This document shows positions 27,744 through 41,212 of a stretch of DNA of 64,000 nt, piece by piece. Origin of the DNA: Callorhinchus milii (taxonomy: Eukaryota); the NCBI RefSeq assembly GCF_018977255.1, contig NW_024704742.1, forward strand, positions 15,626,001-15,690,000, given 5' to 3'. Made by a program: the position numbers and the translations under genes. The notes under the pieces are model-generated. The model ran no database searches. It was given only the letters and a program-made list of their open reading frames with translations, and had not been told where the DNA came from. Positions within the stretch are counted from its first letter, which is position 1, and each line of letters opens with the position of its first letter.

Positions 27744-28625
27744 AACAACAACAACAAAATTACATTTGTATAGCGCCTTTCACGTCAGGAGGATGTCTCA
27801 AGGCGCTGGACAATCAGTGTTTCGGACCCGAGCTGCGGGTTGGGATCGGGGAGGGTGGCGGTCAGGGTGGAAGGAGGGTGACTGAAGGCAAGGTCGAAGA
27901 GGAGGATCTTGAGATGGGTCTTGAAGGAGGTGAGGGAATGGGCGAGGCCGATGGAGGGATGCGTTCCACAGGGGCAGAGTGGCTGTAGGCCCGCCAATAG
28001 TGGGGCAAGTGAGGCGAGGGACGTGAAGCTGGCCTGAGCCTGGTGAGCGGAAGGAGTGGATAGGTTGGTGGGGGTTTAGGAGGACGCAGGGGTATGGGGG
28101 AGCAAGACCACAGAGAGCTTTGAAGGTGAGGACCAGGATCCTGATCTGTATCCTCTGTGTGATGGAAAGCCAGTGGAGTTGGGGGAGGATGGGGTGATAG
28201 GGTAACAGAGCCTAGTGCGGGAGAGGACACGGGCTGAAGAGTTCTGAATGATCTGCAGCCAATGGAGGGAGGAGTTTGGGAGGCCGACAAGCAGGGAGTT
28301 TCCATAGACAAGCCTGGATGTAATGAAGGCATGTATGAGGGTTTCGGCGGCCTGCAGTGTGAGACAGTGGCGGAACCAGGCAATGTTGTGGAGGTGGGAG
28401 AAGGCAGAGCCTGGCATGGCATGGATGTGGGGTAGAAAGGATAGTTGAGGGTCAAACGAGACGCCAAGGTTCCGGACTGGCTCAGAAAAGTGGAGTGTGC
28501 ATCCTTGGATGGTGATGATGCCAGTGACTGAGGTGTGGAGGCGCTGACGGGAGCCAATCAGGAGGGCCTTGGTTTTGTTGCGGTTCAACTGAAGAAAGTT
28601 AGCTCTCATCCAGGATTTGATGTAC
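27744..28625 (-). mobile_element. L2 LINE 3' fragment
   Basis: WMRANFLQLN..KT, VRNLGV.FD..LSF, ETLIHAFITSRL. Confidence 0.92.
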
Positions 28626-29318
28626 CAAAGTTTATTGTAATACTAACATTTTCAGCCATTGACCCTTGATACAATTGACATTGGACCAGGATTAAGCCCA
28701 CACCATCTCTACTGATACTTATCCACATAACAGTTCAGTGCAACCTTGATGATTTATCACTAACTATACATTATCGTTGCCTCAGTTTTCCACTGAAGCA
28801 TGGAGTGAATATCAAAACATGATCAAATGCATTTAGTGCAAAGATCTGCCATCAGCATTATAGCAACTCTTTCCCAGAAAGGTTACGCTTAAGTGGAAAG
28901 AAAAGTGAATTGAAAACTAAAATAATTTGGCTAAAATAGAATGCTTTTCACTTCTTTTTTTATTTACTAAAATAACTTACAAAGCATCTCATTCACTCTT
29001 GCCAATCTAGACTGGTAGACCTTCTGATATGCATTTGTACATTTGTTCAGCAATTTATGCTTAGATTTGTGCCAAGTTTACTCGCAGGTTTTATAAGTTT
29101 ATAAAACTTCCCAATAACTTTCAAAGCATATTTCAACCAAACATAACCAGTTTCTGCAATAAAATTATACCATAAAATATTCCTTTCATTATGCTTCATT
29201 CTTTCTCACATGCACCAGTGCCATGAGACAAAAGATAATGATTTTTCATTATGACCTTCTTAATGAATGTATGCACCTTTTATTGAGAAAATGATATGCA
29301 ATGCAATAGGAAACTTAC

Positions 29319-29441
29319 CTTGGTGCTTTATTTTCACCCAACCGAGCAGGTAATTGCTAGTCTGCTGTAGAAGGACATTGTTGTCACCTTCATAAGTGCA
29401 GTTTGGATCATTGTCATTTCTTATGTCCCCAATGCGATTCA
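29319..29441 (-). CDS. ACOX3: ACOX3 exon 12 (123 nt): [41 protein letters not shown], with the catalytic Glu motif
   Basis: ttgcag|...|gtaagt; TYEGDNNVL acyl-CoA oxidase active-site signature. Confidence 0.97.
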
Positions 29442-30276
29442 CTGCAAAATTAAAATCATAGTGAGCAACTTAGGTGCTTGCTTAGCTAGTCTTCCTTACT
29501 GTTCTGAGAGTTGCACAACATAAGGCAGATGTATCTTATCTGGTGCACATGTTCTTATTTGTTCTTTGTATTATCAATCACTTGTTAAAAAAAATTGTCC
29601 TTTCCTTAAGACAGTAATTCCTAGGCTTTGTCTCCTTGGACAAGGGAAGTGAAATATCAGCTAAGATTCCTGCTCCTTAGTGATTTCTGCTGGAAATTAC
29701 CCATATGCAGACAATGAGTGAGGACAGGCTCCACAATTGAATGGTCTGTCAATACTCACTGTCTATACTCGGATATGAAAATTGCCCACAAGACAATATA
29801 CCAGAGGGCAGTCAGCAACTGCCACACTATTATCCAGCATGAGTTGTTTCCTACTGCTTGGCACAACTGTATTAGCATGTAATACTATTTAGAGCCACAG
29901 CAGATTCTTATACAGTATCTAGTACCAACGACTTAATTTTCAGCCACAAAATACAGTCAATCCACTTTACAGTACATCCTGTGAAGCGCTTTAAGTCGTC
30001 TCAACGTTGTGATAAGGTGCTATATCAAATGCAAGCATCATTATTATTATTTACTATTAGTTTTATCTTAACAGGAGCGTTCTAAGGAAATATATCAGGT
30101 TTCTCCATTTCTCATTACAGTATCAATGGATCAATGCTAATTTTTGTGAAATAGATATCATCAGCAAAGTCATGGGAGATTTACATTCATATCATGCTTC
30201 AATGTCATGGACACATGACAAGCATTTATCACCAATATTAGCAAGAGTGATTGCTTTCTCATATTTCTTATTACAT

Positions 30277-30590
30277 TCCCGGGCAGGGCGAAATGTTGGG
30301 CAAGTTTTCTTACTCCACATGCCTCTATTTACCTAGCAGTAAGTAGGAACCTGGTTGTTAGTCAATTGGAGGATTGCTTTTCTGGGGGTGACAATCCCTT
30401 CATATAAATAATAATAATAATTTGGTCAGTCAACCCACGATTGTTTGTGGGACACTGCTGTGCAATAGGCTGCCTCATTGCGCCCACAAAATATACAGTC
30501 AATTCACTTTACACTATATTCTATGAAGCGCCTTGAGAGGCCTAGAAGAAGTCATAAGGCGCTATATCAAATGCAAGGATTATTATTATG
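30277..30590 (+). mobile_element. SINE, long subfamily (5'-truncated)
   Basis: Same body and tail plus an extra ~65 bp segment. Confidence 0.85.
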
Positions 30591-30869
30591 CAAACGTGGT
30601 TTAACTAGTGATGTGGAGCATAAAGGAAAACTTATTTGTATTTCGTATTTAGTATGGCAAAAAGATTTTACTGAGTTAATTACAAATTTTTAAACCAAAG
30701 AGAATCTTCAAATTTACTTTGGGGAAAGTTAGGGAGGAGTAATTATTTAATGATGGGGGTGGGGGGGTGGAAAGCTGTATAGCAATATTTCAAGATTTGT
30801 GCTGAAGAATAAAGGTATTTTATTAATTGTAGCTCAATAGTTTTTATTGATGCATTTTTATTTATTTTT

Positions 30870-31090
30870 ATCAGTTGGTAGCACTCTTGCCTGCCGGTCA
30901 GAAGGTTGTTGTTTCAAACTCCATGTTGGACATTTGAGTTGATAATCTTAGCTAACACTACAATGCAGTGCTGAGGAAGCTCTCCTTCAAATGGGAGATT
31001 AAACTGAGGTCCCTTCTGCCTGCTCAGATAGATCATAAAGATCACATGGCACTATTCAAAAGAGAAGGGAACTTCTCTTTGTGTCCTGCC
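30870..31090 (+). mobile_element. Old Deu-type SINE, 5' half
   Basis: tcagttggtagcactcttgcc..tcagaaggttg head. Confidence 0.7.
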
Positions 31091-31509
31091 CGAACATATG
31101 ACACTGTGTCCCCTTCCCTTTCAAAATTGCCATTATCATGACCAACCTCATAAACGTTCCGCGATCTCTCTAAACACTCCAACTACGAGTCCATTTCCAA
31201 CCTATTTCAAAGTCCTGAAACATACTATTATCACTCATCGTCCCTCTCTGAGTCACCATTGAAGGCTGAGTCTTCACAATTCTAGGCCACTAAGATCTGG
31301 AACTTCCACGTTCTACCCCTAAGTCTCACTCCCTTTCTATCTGTCTTTAAATTCCACTTGAAAATCTACATGCCTATGATTACTTTCCCCTTCTCTGTTG
31401 GCATCCAACATAATTTTATAAAGCATTCTGAGACGTTCTCTTACATGAAAGGTGCTACATGAATGCAAGTTGTTTTTGTTGAGGATCCGTCATAAGTGTC
31501 TGTACTTAC

Positions 31510-31630
31510 TGGCAAGGAAGCCATGACCACCACAAGCTTCACGGCACTCTTGAATGCCTTGTTGAGCAGTCCACGAAACAAGAGGTTTGCTTGCGCTGGA
31601 AACAGCATGTATTTCTCTACCAAGTTCTTT
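31510..31630 (-). CDS. ACOX3: ACOX3 exon 11 (121 nt): [40 protein letters not shown]
   Basis: atgtag|...|gtaagt; [12 protein letters not shown]-binding motif. Confidence 0.97.
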
Positions 31631-31769
31631 CTACATAAGGAATTACAAAAAAAAGTATACAGGTACACTGTACAATTCCTATGGAACAGGGGCACACTGC
31701 AGCACATTTTTACAGATTGAATTTTACTTTCATTCTTTATACAATAGTTTGTCTCTAGCAGTTTATGCA

Positions 31770-32055
31770 TCTTAAACATGCATTCATAACATCCAAGCTT
31801 GACTATGCAAACTTCCTGCTTGTTGGCCTCCCCAACTCCTCCCTTTATAAGCTGCAGATCATCCAGAACTCTGCAGCTTGTGTCCTCTCCTGCACCAATC
31901 TCTGCGATTCTATCAACCCCATCATCGCCCGACTCCACTGGCTTCCCATCACACAGAGGATACAGTCCTGGTCCTCACCTTCAAAGCTCGCTGTAGTCTT
32001 GCTTCCCACTACCTCTGCGACCTCCTAACCCCTTACCAAACTGCCTGCTCACTGA
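31770..32055 (+). mobile_element. L2 internal fragment
   Basis: HAFITSKLDYAN...LHWLPI. Confidence 0.85.
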
Positions 32056-32558
32056 GTATCTACGTTTACAATGATATTTCAAAACATATTAAGAGAAACA
32101 CTGCACACAAATCTTTCAACAGGACTGCATCCCCTTGCCATGTTTTTTTTTGAAAAACACAGAGTTCAAAATAAATAAATTGACTGCATTTATAAAATGA
32201 AAAAATGGAAAAAAAAGGATTTCAGAAACATTTTATTTAAACAATTTGTGACGAAAATACTGTTATTTACAAGATTCACGTAATTCTGTTTAAGTTCTAA
32301 GCACTTCTCTCTCAAACATCCTCAAAGTGACAGAGTCAATGTGAGCAGTAGTGTCTACTGGCATGGGAAACAACTGGGAGATTCTGAAGATAATGAATGT
32401 GACAGAAGCTTCCCTCATCTAACAGTTTGAGGCGGGAGATTCCAGTCCTGTCAGGGCAAGAATCTGACATGTATCTGACCAAGGGGAGAAGATACATCCC
32501 AACAAGAAGTTCCTGACAAACCTCGAGTTGACAATGTTTATAGTATGGCACTGCTTAC

Positions 32559-32681
32559 CTGTCTCTCACTCTTGTCCTTCATCATTAGTCCCATTTGAAA
32601 CTCAGCATAGCTGAGAAAGAATGTCTTGGAAAAGTGATCTAGTGCAAAGGTGGCAGCCAAATAGGGAATAAGGCGCCATTG
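32559..32681 (-). CDS. ACOX3: ACOX3 exon 10 (123 nt): [41 protein letters not shown]
   Basis: tttcag|...|gtaagc; QWRL.PYLAA motif. Confidence 0.96.
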
Positions 32682-33394
32682 CTGAAATAAAATAACACAC
32701 TTCAATGCAGTTTATAAACATGGAATAATATAAAAACACTAAATCGAAATGATTTTCAACACTAATTTAGGACAAAGTCGCAATGTACATGACTGGATCT
32801 ATTAATAGATGGAAATTTAGAGCACAGAAGAAAGTCATTTAGCCCATCTTGTCTGTTGGGTTATTTTTAAGAGCAATTCTTCCAGACCCATTTAACTGCC
32901 TTTTCCCCACACCACTGTCGTTGACTCCTTTTTAAGCACTCTGGGATGCTACTCTGCGTGGAGGGCGCTTTATAAGTCCAAGTTGTTGTTTTAGATAGCT
33001 GTCATGTTCCCTTTTGAAAACCAATATGGATTCTGCCTCAACCACAGCACCCATCTCCTAGCTAGTGTGTGAAAAATAAATTCTGGTAACTTTTCAATTG
33101 ATGCCATCCAGTCACTGATCAGTGGAAATAATTTCACTCTATTGACTCGATAAAAGCCTGTTATCATTTTGAAGACCTCATTAAGGTCATTCCTTAACTC
33201 GTCAATATTATTGAACATTCTCTGAACTTATAAAGTAAATCAAATGTTGATCTATAGTGGAATTAATAATAAACAAGATCTTGTGGTTAACAGCTAAATA
33301 TGCCTGAATGTATTGTACATTGTACTCTACTTTTTTTGCAAAGAAAGGATTTATTATGTTCTTATTTATTATTTAGCCTTGGCTTGTACAGTAC

Positions 33395-33577
33395 CTGCAT
33401 TTGATATTCAAGCACTGGTATTTCTTCATTGTCTGTAGGTCCAAACTGACGCCGTACTGCTGAATATCGAATAGCAATTGACAGGCAAAGCTTAAGATTG
33501 ACAACTGCTATGCCAGCGATCGTCACTCTGCCAGCAGACAGTGCTCCAAGAGATGCACCAAATCGCTGATTAGAATC
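33395..33577 (-). CDS. ACOX3: ACOX3 exon 9 (183 nt): [18 protein letters not shown]...[24 protein letters not shown]
   Basis: ttttag|...|gtactg; RRQFGP and EIPVLEY motifs. Confidence 0.97.
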
Positions 33578-33978
33578 CTAAAAAGAAATGCACAAGCATA
33601 AACTGAATGCATCTACCAACTTCAGAGTTATCAATCTATAGCTAGAAAAAATTATTCACATTGGAGTCTTGCACCCTGCCAACATTGCCCAATAACAAAA
33701 TGTTAAGACTTGAAATCTTTAAGAATTACAATTTGATACTGTAGCTAAATTGGGGAACTGGAAATGACAGTTTGTGTGCCCAGTGTTTTCAATACATCAG
33801 CTTTTAAAACTTTTTCTGGCAATGATAAGACAATTCCACACCTGGAAAGCTGAAAATGTGTACAGCTACAACAACTTGGATTTCTATATCACCCTTCACA
33901 CGGGTTAGCATCCTGGAGCACTTGGAGCTACAAACTGTTGTGATAAGCATCTACAAGAGTCCTGTAGCATACATCTAT

Positions 33979-34305
33979 GGAGTCCTGTAGCTCAGTGGTT
34001 AGAGCACTCGCGTTGCAAGTGAGAGACCTGAGTTCAATTCCAGGCAGAGGGCGAAACCTTGGGCAAGTTTCCTTACTCCACACAGAGCCTAATGATAATC
34101 CCTCCAAAAACCAAAAACAATAATTAAATTGGTCATTTTCAATCTACGACTGTTTGTGGGACATTGCTATGCGCAATTGGCTGTCGCGTTCGCCCACAAA
34201 TATACAGTCAATTCACTTTACAGTGTATTCTGTGAAGCGCTTTGGGATGTCCTCCCGACGTGAAAAGCGCTATATCAAATGCAAGGATTATTATTATTAT
34301 TATTA
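33979..34305 (+). mobile_element. tRNA-derived SINE, young short subfamily, with 8 bp TSD CTACAAGA
   Basis: Full head to tail; CTACAAGA at 33951-33958 and 34306-34313. Confidence 0.93.
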
Positions 34306-35216
34306 CTACAAGATGACAACTACAAATTGACTGTCGTTATTTTCTGAGATGTATTAAGAGACAGCACATGTGTTGATTTGAATCTAATTTAGGATTTCAA
34401 GTCTACTAAATATTACAATAACATTACATACACCATGATTCATAATTTAGTGTCTCAATGATAAAAGCAATTCTATAACATTCTTCTTCAGTAAGCATTT
34501 GGCATTTTCAATTTTATGCATTAAGTGGACTCATTAAAAACATCTATAAAACATCTCCTCAAGCATCTATTCAATACAAGTCCCAAACTATTTAACCTAT
34601 TAGGAACTATATAACTAAAACTAAGTATTTGTATGCAAAGTGTGGAACATAAATTTGTTAAGTGATGTGACAATCATTCCAGTGCTTTTAATCACAAGGA
34701 TGGAAAATATAGTCAAAATGTGGCCTTCAGAGCTGTCTTTAATAACAGAATTGGGAATCCAGCAACTGTTCTTGTGAACAATTTCAGCAGTTGTTGACCT
34801 GTGCGCTATGTGCTGAAAACTGGATGTATATCGCTCTACCAATAAACCACAGATTCACATTGTAACCATGCTATAACCCAGACCTGCGTTATACCAAACA
34901 TGGCATAACAGGGTCTGATTTAAATCATAATAATAATCCTTGCATTTGATACAGTTCTTTTCATGTTGGTAGGATATCTGAAAGCGCATCACAACATATA
35001 TCGTATAGTCTATTTTCTAGGCAAATCAGAGGGACCAAGGGATTCCTTTAAATGTCTAAGTAGACTTGCAAAATCTGGGCAGACCCACAGCAACCGATGT
35101 AACATTGATGGTTGATCAATCTGACTGGTCTATCGAAAGAATTGCAAAAGCAATGTGCCTTTGCTGGATAAATTGTGTGCTGTGTGGTTATCATATTTGG
35201 AGTCCCGTAGAGTATT

Positions 35217-35640
35217 GGAGTCCTATAGAGAATTGGTTAGAGGAACTCGCCTCGCAAGAGAGGACCTGGGTTTGAGTTCCAGGCAGGGCGAAAACTTAGT
35301 CAAGTTTCCTTACTCCACACACTTCTGTTTACCTAGCAGTAAGTAGGAACCCGGCGCCTTGGGACGTCCTCCTGACGTGAAAGGCGCTTTATAAATGGAA
35401 TCTTGTTGTTGTTGTTGTTGTTGTTGTTAGTCAATTGGCAGATTGCTTTTCCGGAGTAATAATCCCTTCAAAAAAAAATTTGGTCAATCAATCCAGGACT
35501 GTTTGTGGGACACCGCTGTGTACAATTGGCTACCCACAAAACATACAGTCAATTCACTTTACACTATATTCTGTAAAAGTGCTTTGAGACTCTTAAAGAT
35601 GTGATAAGGTGCTATATCAAATGCAAGGATTATTATTATT
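35217..35640 (+). mobile_element. SINE, long subfamily, with an L2 tail inserted (35354-35426)
   Basis: Head, extra segment, body and (ATT)n tail all visible. Confidence 0.85.
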
Positions 35641-36000
35641 TTTTTGCAACTAATTGTTTTGCTGTTATATTTCTCCAGGTTCTATTTCAGTAAACCTAAT
35701 ATTGCATTAAGCTGTGACTGAAATAAAGCCTGAAGTTTATTTCGCTTTTCTTTTGGATGCTAAGAGAGTTTGCAAGTAAAGCAAAAGATCATTGATCTAC
35801 CTGGTTTACCCATTCAACTTCCGGAAAGATCTAAGAAGTCTGAAGCTTGATGTACATGAAATGACCACAATCTGGTCTTAAAAGAGGTTAGAAAGGCAGG
35901 TGATTTCATGTACAGTTCCAAATTACTTCTGTACTGGATGGAAGGAAATTCGACAAAATTACAACTTTGAAGGATTTTCTTTTGCAAGGTTTTGCTATAC

Positions 36001-36097
36001 CTTGAACGGAGATACATAAATTCCTTCAGGTGTGACATCTCCAGTTCTATTTAGCAGGTTTTCCCGAGGTATTCTAACATCATGGAACATAACAAAC
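36001..36097 (-). CDS. ACOX3: ACOX3 exon 8 (97 nt): [32 protein letters not shown]
   Basis: gaacag|...|gtatag; phase 2/0. Confidence 0.96.
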
Positions 36098-37789
36098 CTG
36101 TTCAAATAAACAAACACAATCGTTTTATATATTATACCACAATCAAATTTACACAAAACAGTGACACAACTAGGAACATCTGCTGAACTAAAACACAACT
36201 GTAGGATACAATTACATCATATAAAACAGCCCTAGCAACAGCATAAGCAAATTGTTGAGAGATAATTCATTCGCTGGCATAATTTGGAGCAGTTTCAATT
36301 CCAACTTTTCATAACATTAAGATACTGAATAATGTATTCATTAAGGCAATGCAGAGTAGACTGCGGGAGCAGTAAGCAGAATTGCAATTGGAGAGTACTG
36401 AAAGAGGCTTAAAGCAAGATTCTGTAGAGTAATTAACTCCAGAAATAAAGCTATTTTCTGAAAACTTTCAATAATCAGGATATAAACTTGTATGTGGTAC
36501 AGTGCTTCATCGCAACTTCTAGGTATCTCAAAGTAATTCACAGGATTTTAAAGACCCAGTTGCCTTCTTTCTCTTTAATAAATTTGAGAAACTAACCGGA
36601 GTATGGCATTGTCTCGTGGAACTATATGTTTGTACTCCTATTTTTGCCTGAGCTAAACTCTCAAGTCTCCAGTTGAAAGCAATTGGGGAGCCCAAAGCCT
36701 GAATTTTACTTAACCAATCTCTCTACTGCTGTAAGCAATAGCACATTGTTTCCAGGGGTATATNAAAAAGCACCAAATGCTTATTGAATTCTGGTACATT
36801 GCCAGCATTTTCAGTAAAAACATTAATACGTTTTAAATGGAACCCCAGAGAGGAATATCCAGACAGAACGTCTCATACTCTTGCTTCTCCATACTACAAG
36901 TATTTTATTAAAAAGAAAAGAAAACAAACTTGTTCCAATTTCAATCCTCATTGGAGACAGAGATAATCTTATACTGAAATTCAAAAGTTAAACATCAATT
37001 GGGTGGATTGCCACTAATACACCGCAAACAAGATAGATTAAAGGTTCTGTAATATCTTCTGTATTACTTATGTACAGTCAATACTTAAGGGGAATAATGT
37101 ATTTTATCTAAATCGTGCTATGGTTTGTAAGAGAAATCAATTTTAAGCACAAATTTTTACTTATCCTTCAGATTCTAAACAGCATAGAATTGCTAAACAT
37201 GTCTGTGGCAAATTGGTGTGACTCAGAAAAGGGGACCCTCCTGTGGCACCTTCCTAGATGTTCTACTTTTTGGAACAAAACAGCCAAGACAAATGAGGTT
37301 CTCACTGATCATGGCCTTAATGGAATTATTTTGAAGAATTATTCCATTTGCAAACAGTTTTATAATCCTACTCCACTTCCAAATTTGGGAAAATTTTAGT
37401 TTTGTGCACATACTGAGCACAAAAGTGAAATACGGAAATTCTCTTGGTGTGGGAAATGTGGAAAATCTCTCTATGGAAACCTTAAGAACTAGTCAGGTCA
37501 GAAAACAATTTGGGGACCAGGAAATACAGGGGAACTAAGATGAGGCACTTGCCAGATCCAAGGTGAAGATGAGAATGCTATCTTTGTCTCCCCTTTTCTG
37601 AATCTGAGGCCAGTATCCCCTGAATAAGCTCAGAAAAGATGTTTTGGGAGCTCAAAAGTGATCTCAATTAAACAGGAATCAAGGTTTGTGCACCCAGGGC
37701 TTTATAGCCAGGCTCGGTGCCACCATTACTCTGCTAACCATTTATCAACCTGTCCACTCCCTCTGTTCACCTAACCTTTAAGTAAGCTA

Positions 37790-38112
37790 TCCGCTCCGTC
37801 CGTTCAGCATGCTTTGGCTTCTCCACATTCCCCGCCTGGCCCACCCCACTACCTTCAGCCTCTTCGCCCCCACCCTTTGGAACTCCATCCCACATTCTCT
37901 TCGCCTAACTCCCTCCCTTGCCTCCTTCAAGGCACATCTCAAAACCCTCCTTTTCGACCGTGCCTTATGCCTCCCTCCTGCCCTCCACCCTACTTATCCC
38001 AACCCCCACCTCCCCCCACCCCGCTCGGATCCAAATCCCTGACTGTCCAGCACCTTGGGAAGTCCTCCTGACATGAGAGGCGCTATACAAATGTAATATT
38101 GTATTGTATTGT
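37790..38112 (+). mobile_element. L2 3' fragment
   Basis: APTLWNSIP..SFKAHLKT; tail. Confidence 0.85.
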
Positions 38113-39829
38113 ACTGAGAAGTCAGATGGAGATGCATTTCAAAACACATTTGTGCTACACAAGGAATGGAATATGTTTACGAATATCCAAATTTTGACCC
38201 CAAATGTAAATAATAATAAATAAAGCGTCCATTGTAGCTTTCAAGAGGAAAATAGACAGGTATATGAATCAGAAGGGGTATGCAGTGAAGGTGGACTGCT
38301 TTGTGAGCTGGTGCAGGCTTGATGAGCCGAATGGTCTCCTTCTGTGTTGTAGATTTCTATGTTTCTATGTTTTTAGGCAATAAAATGTTTAGGCAAGTCT
38401 TATACATGAATATTCATCTTTCAAATTTAAAACTCTTAGTGTACATTTAACCATTACAATTGCATTGGCTCACCAAAGAATAAATGTTACCTTATTTACG
38501 CTGAATAATCATCCTTTTGGATCACATACAGCCTATTATTCCCCAATTAAAGTGGTCACATCCACTGGGAGACAACTGACTTGGACCAGCAATGGGGGAG
38601 AAGTTTCTGTGCAGAACAATGTACAAGTCCTGGTTTTCTGTGCACACAGAAAATCTTGCATTACCTGGGAGCCTTGTTGTCTCAGAAATTACTCATAATA
38701 TAATTTTTAGAAATGTTATAAGCAAACACTTTTTTTTAAAAACTCACCATGTGGCGTCTGGTCTCTCTCCTGAGTGACCAGTATTTCCTAGTATTTCTGC
38801 TGAAACATGTTTCTTTGCTTAGTGTTGGCTCTCACCAACACATACTGCTCACTGCTTTGAGTGAAGGTGCCAGACGTTTGCCAATTGGAGTTTTATTAGA
38901 ATCTCTGCCTCTTACTTTAAGTACTTTGTTTTAAGTGCAAAGACTTTGGGCTTGATTTTCATGCTGGCAGGAACTACAAATGATATGTATCACCTTCTGT
39001 AAACTTGAACTTGGCAGTAAAGGTTTTTGACACTGCCAGGTTTTAGACTCGTATTCCCTCCTCGCTTTCTGATGACAAATTTCTCATACTGGCAGGATGG
39101 AAGAAGTGCATGTTTCAGGAGTCTGTACTGGGGCAGCTACTTTTACAACATGCATCAGTGTCTTGGGTGGGGAGGGGAATGTGCTAGTTTAATGTCCCAG
39201 GTCCTAGGTACATTGTGAAAACTGTGAGAATGTTTACACATGACATTAGGACGATATTGATAAACTGGGTTAAGTGTCAAACAAGTGACAGATACAGTTT
39301 AATGATGATAAATGTGAAGCACTGAATATTGGGATGAAAATTTTTAGTTGAATCAAAGACTTAGGTATAAATGCTTTAATGATTCATATTGATCCTTACG
39401 TGAAGCAGAGATCTGGGGCTACAAATAAACAGATAACTAGAAGTGTGACGGTGTATGAGGTACTATTAGAATGCAAGTTCTTTCTTCTTTCTATTGCACC
39501 AATCAAAATAATATATAAAAACAGTTGCAAGGGTTAGAAGGCTGAATGTTACACACATAATTGTCTTGGAAGTAAATAAAAGGAAGCTGAAAATATTTTC
39601 TAGTTACATCAACTCTACCAGCTCTACCAGACTGTAGGAAGACAGTGGGCAAACATGACCCAGACTACCAATACTCTACAGCAATTTGGAAAAAAGATAG
39701 TCATGAAACGCTTTCCAGCTGGCTTGGAAAATTGCTCATTTCCTCTTTCAGAAAGGAGACAAGCAAGTAGCAAGCCTACTTGATTTTTTTTGTACATTGA
39801 TGTTTCACATATTTTCTGCCAACTACCTT

Positions 39830-40305
39830 GACTTTCGCGACCCCATCTCCCCCATTCTTGCCCGACTCCATTGGCTCCCTATCTTTTAGAGGATCCAGTT
39901 CAAGATCCTGGTCCTCACCTACAAAACCCTCCATGGCCTTGCCCCAACCTACCTGTGCGACCTCCTAACCCCCTACCAACCCGCCCGCTCCCTCCGTTCA
40001 GCTGGCTGCGGCCTCCTCCACATCCCCCGACCCACTTGCCCCACCATTGGTGGGAGAGTTTCAGCCACTCTGCCCCCAACCTCTGGAATTCCATTCCCCA
40101 ATCACTCTGCTTCGCCCTTCCTTAGCCTCCTTCAAATCCCATCTCAAAACCCTCCTCTTCAACCATGCCATCGGTCTCCCCCCTTCCCCTCCCCTCCCTT
40201 CTCCCTCCCTGACCCCAGCTCGGATCTGAAATGCTGTACACTGTCCAGCGCCTTGGGACGTCCTCCCGACGGGAAAGGCGCTATACAAATGTAATCTTGT
40301 TGTTT
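39830..40305 (+). mobile_element. L2 3' fragment
   Basis: LHWLP..FKILVL; tail gaaaggcgctatacaaatgtaatcttgttgtt. Confidence 0.88.
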
Positions 40306-41212
40306 CGAAATTTCAATTATGTTGAATCGTTGATCCATTCCTATTTTTATGCAGCATTCCAGTTTTATTTTATTTTAAGTAAAACATCATCTTACAACTA
40401 TTCAATTAATGTCTATTAATTTTAAAAATATATATTTTGCATATATTTTCTACTCAGTTTGAACCATTTCAATTTACTGTCTTCAGAATGTATTTCTCCT
40501 CGGTCAGAATACGTGATCTAATTCCTCTGGATTACTTTACTAATTTATAAAATAAAACAACTAAGAGTGAAAATGAATGCACTTTATGGATTGAAAACGG
40601 TTTGAATAGGTAGAATACTACCCTTTATGAAATGTGAATATTATTATAATTCTATTTTTAGCATAAAGTTATGTTAATATACTTATGAAAAGCAGGTATA
40701 ATCAACAAAATACTGCAGAACTGTCAATACTTTAAAAAGTGAAGATATGGGTACAAAGTAACATTCTTTTCTTGTAGTTATATAATGTTTAAGTCAAAGC
40801 AATTTAAAAAATGACACAACGGACACCGGGAAACTGAAGAGGTTTCAGATGTTGCCATAACTACAAAACAACTGAGTGGGTTACAGCTATTTCCTAGATC
40901 CCAATGTAGTATTAGATTACAGCCTGAAAACATTTTCTGGAATGAATTATGATTGCTAATGTGATATGTCGCAACACAATGTGGAATTTTATATATGTTT
41001 GCTCAAATCTGTGTCAGCTGCAGCTGTTAGTGTGGATAGTAACCATTATTGGTCTTCGGATCCCTCATTCATGATATAGTAGTCTAATAGCGATTTCAAT
41101 TTAGAAAATTGTACTGTATCAAAGGATCCTTCTTCCTCCTNCCCCCCCACACCAGTCTCAATACTGACATGAAGCTGGGTCAGACATTTGGTTCATGTTA
41201 GTCAGCAACTTA

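Noticed and set aside
33979..34050. tRNA-Ala(TGC) gene (also at 16571, 19206, 44786, 62634)
   Set aside because: tRNA-like heads run straight into a shared SINE body and (ATT)n tail; they are SINE promoters, not tRNA genes
36764..36764. Single N bases (also 41141, 54945)
   Set aside because: Assembly ambiguities next to homopolymers; they only caution that single-base errors are possible
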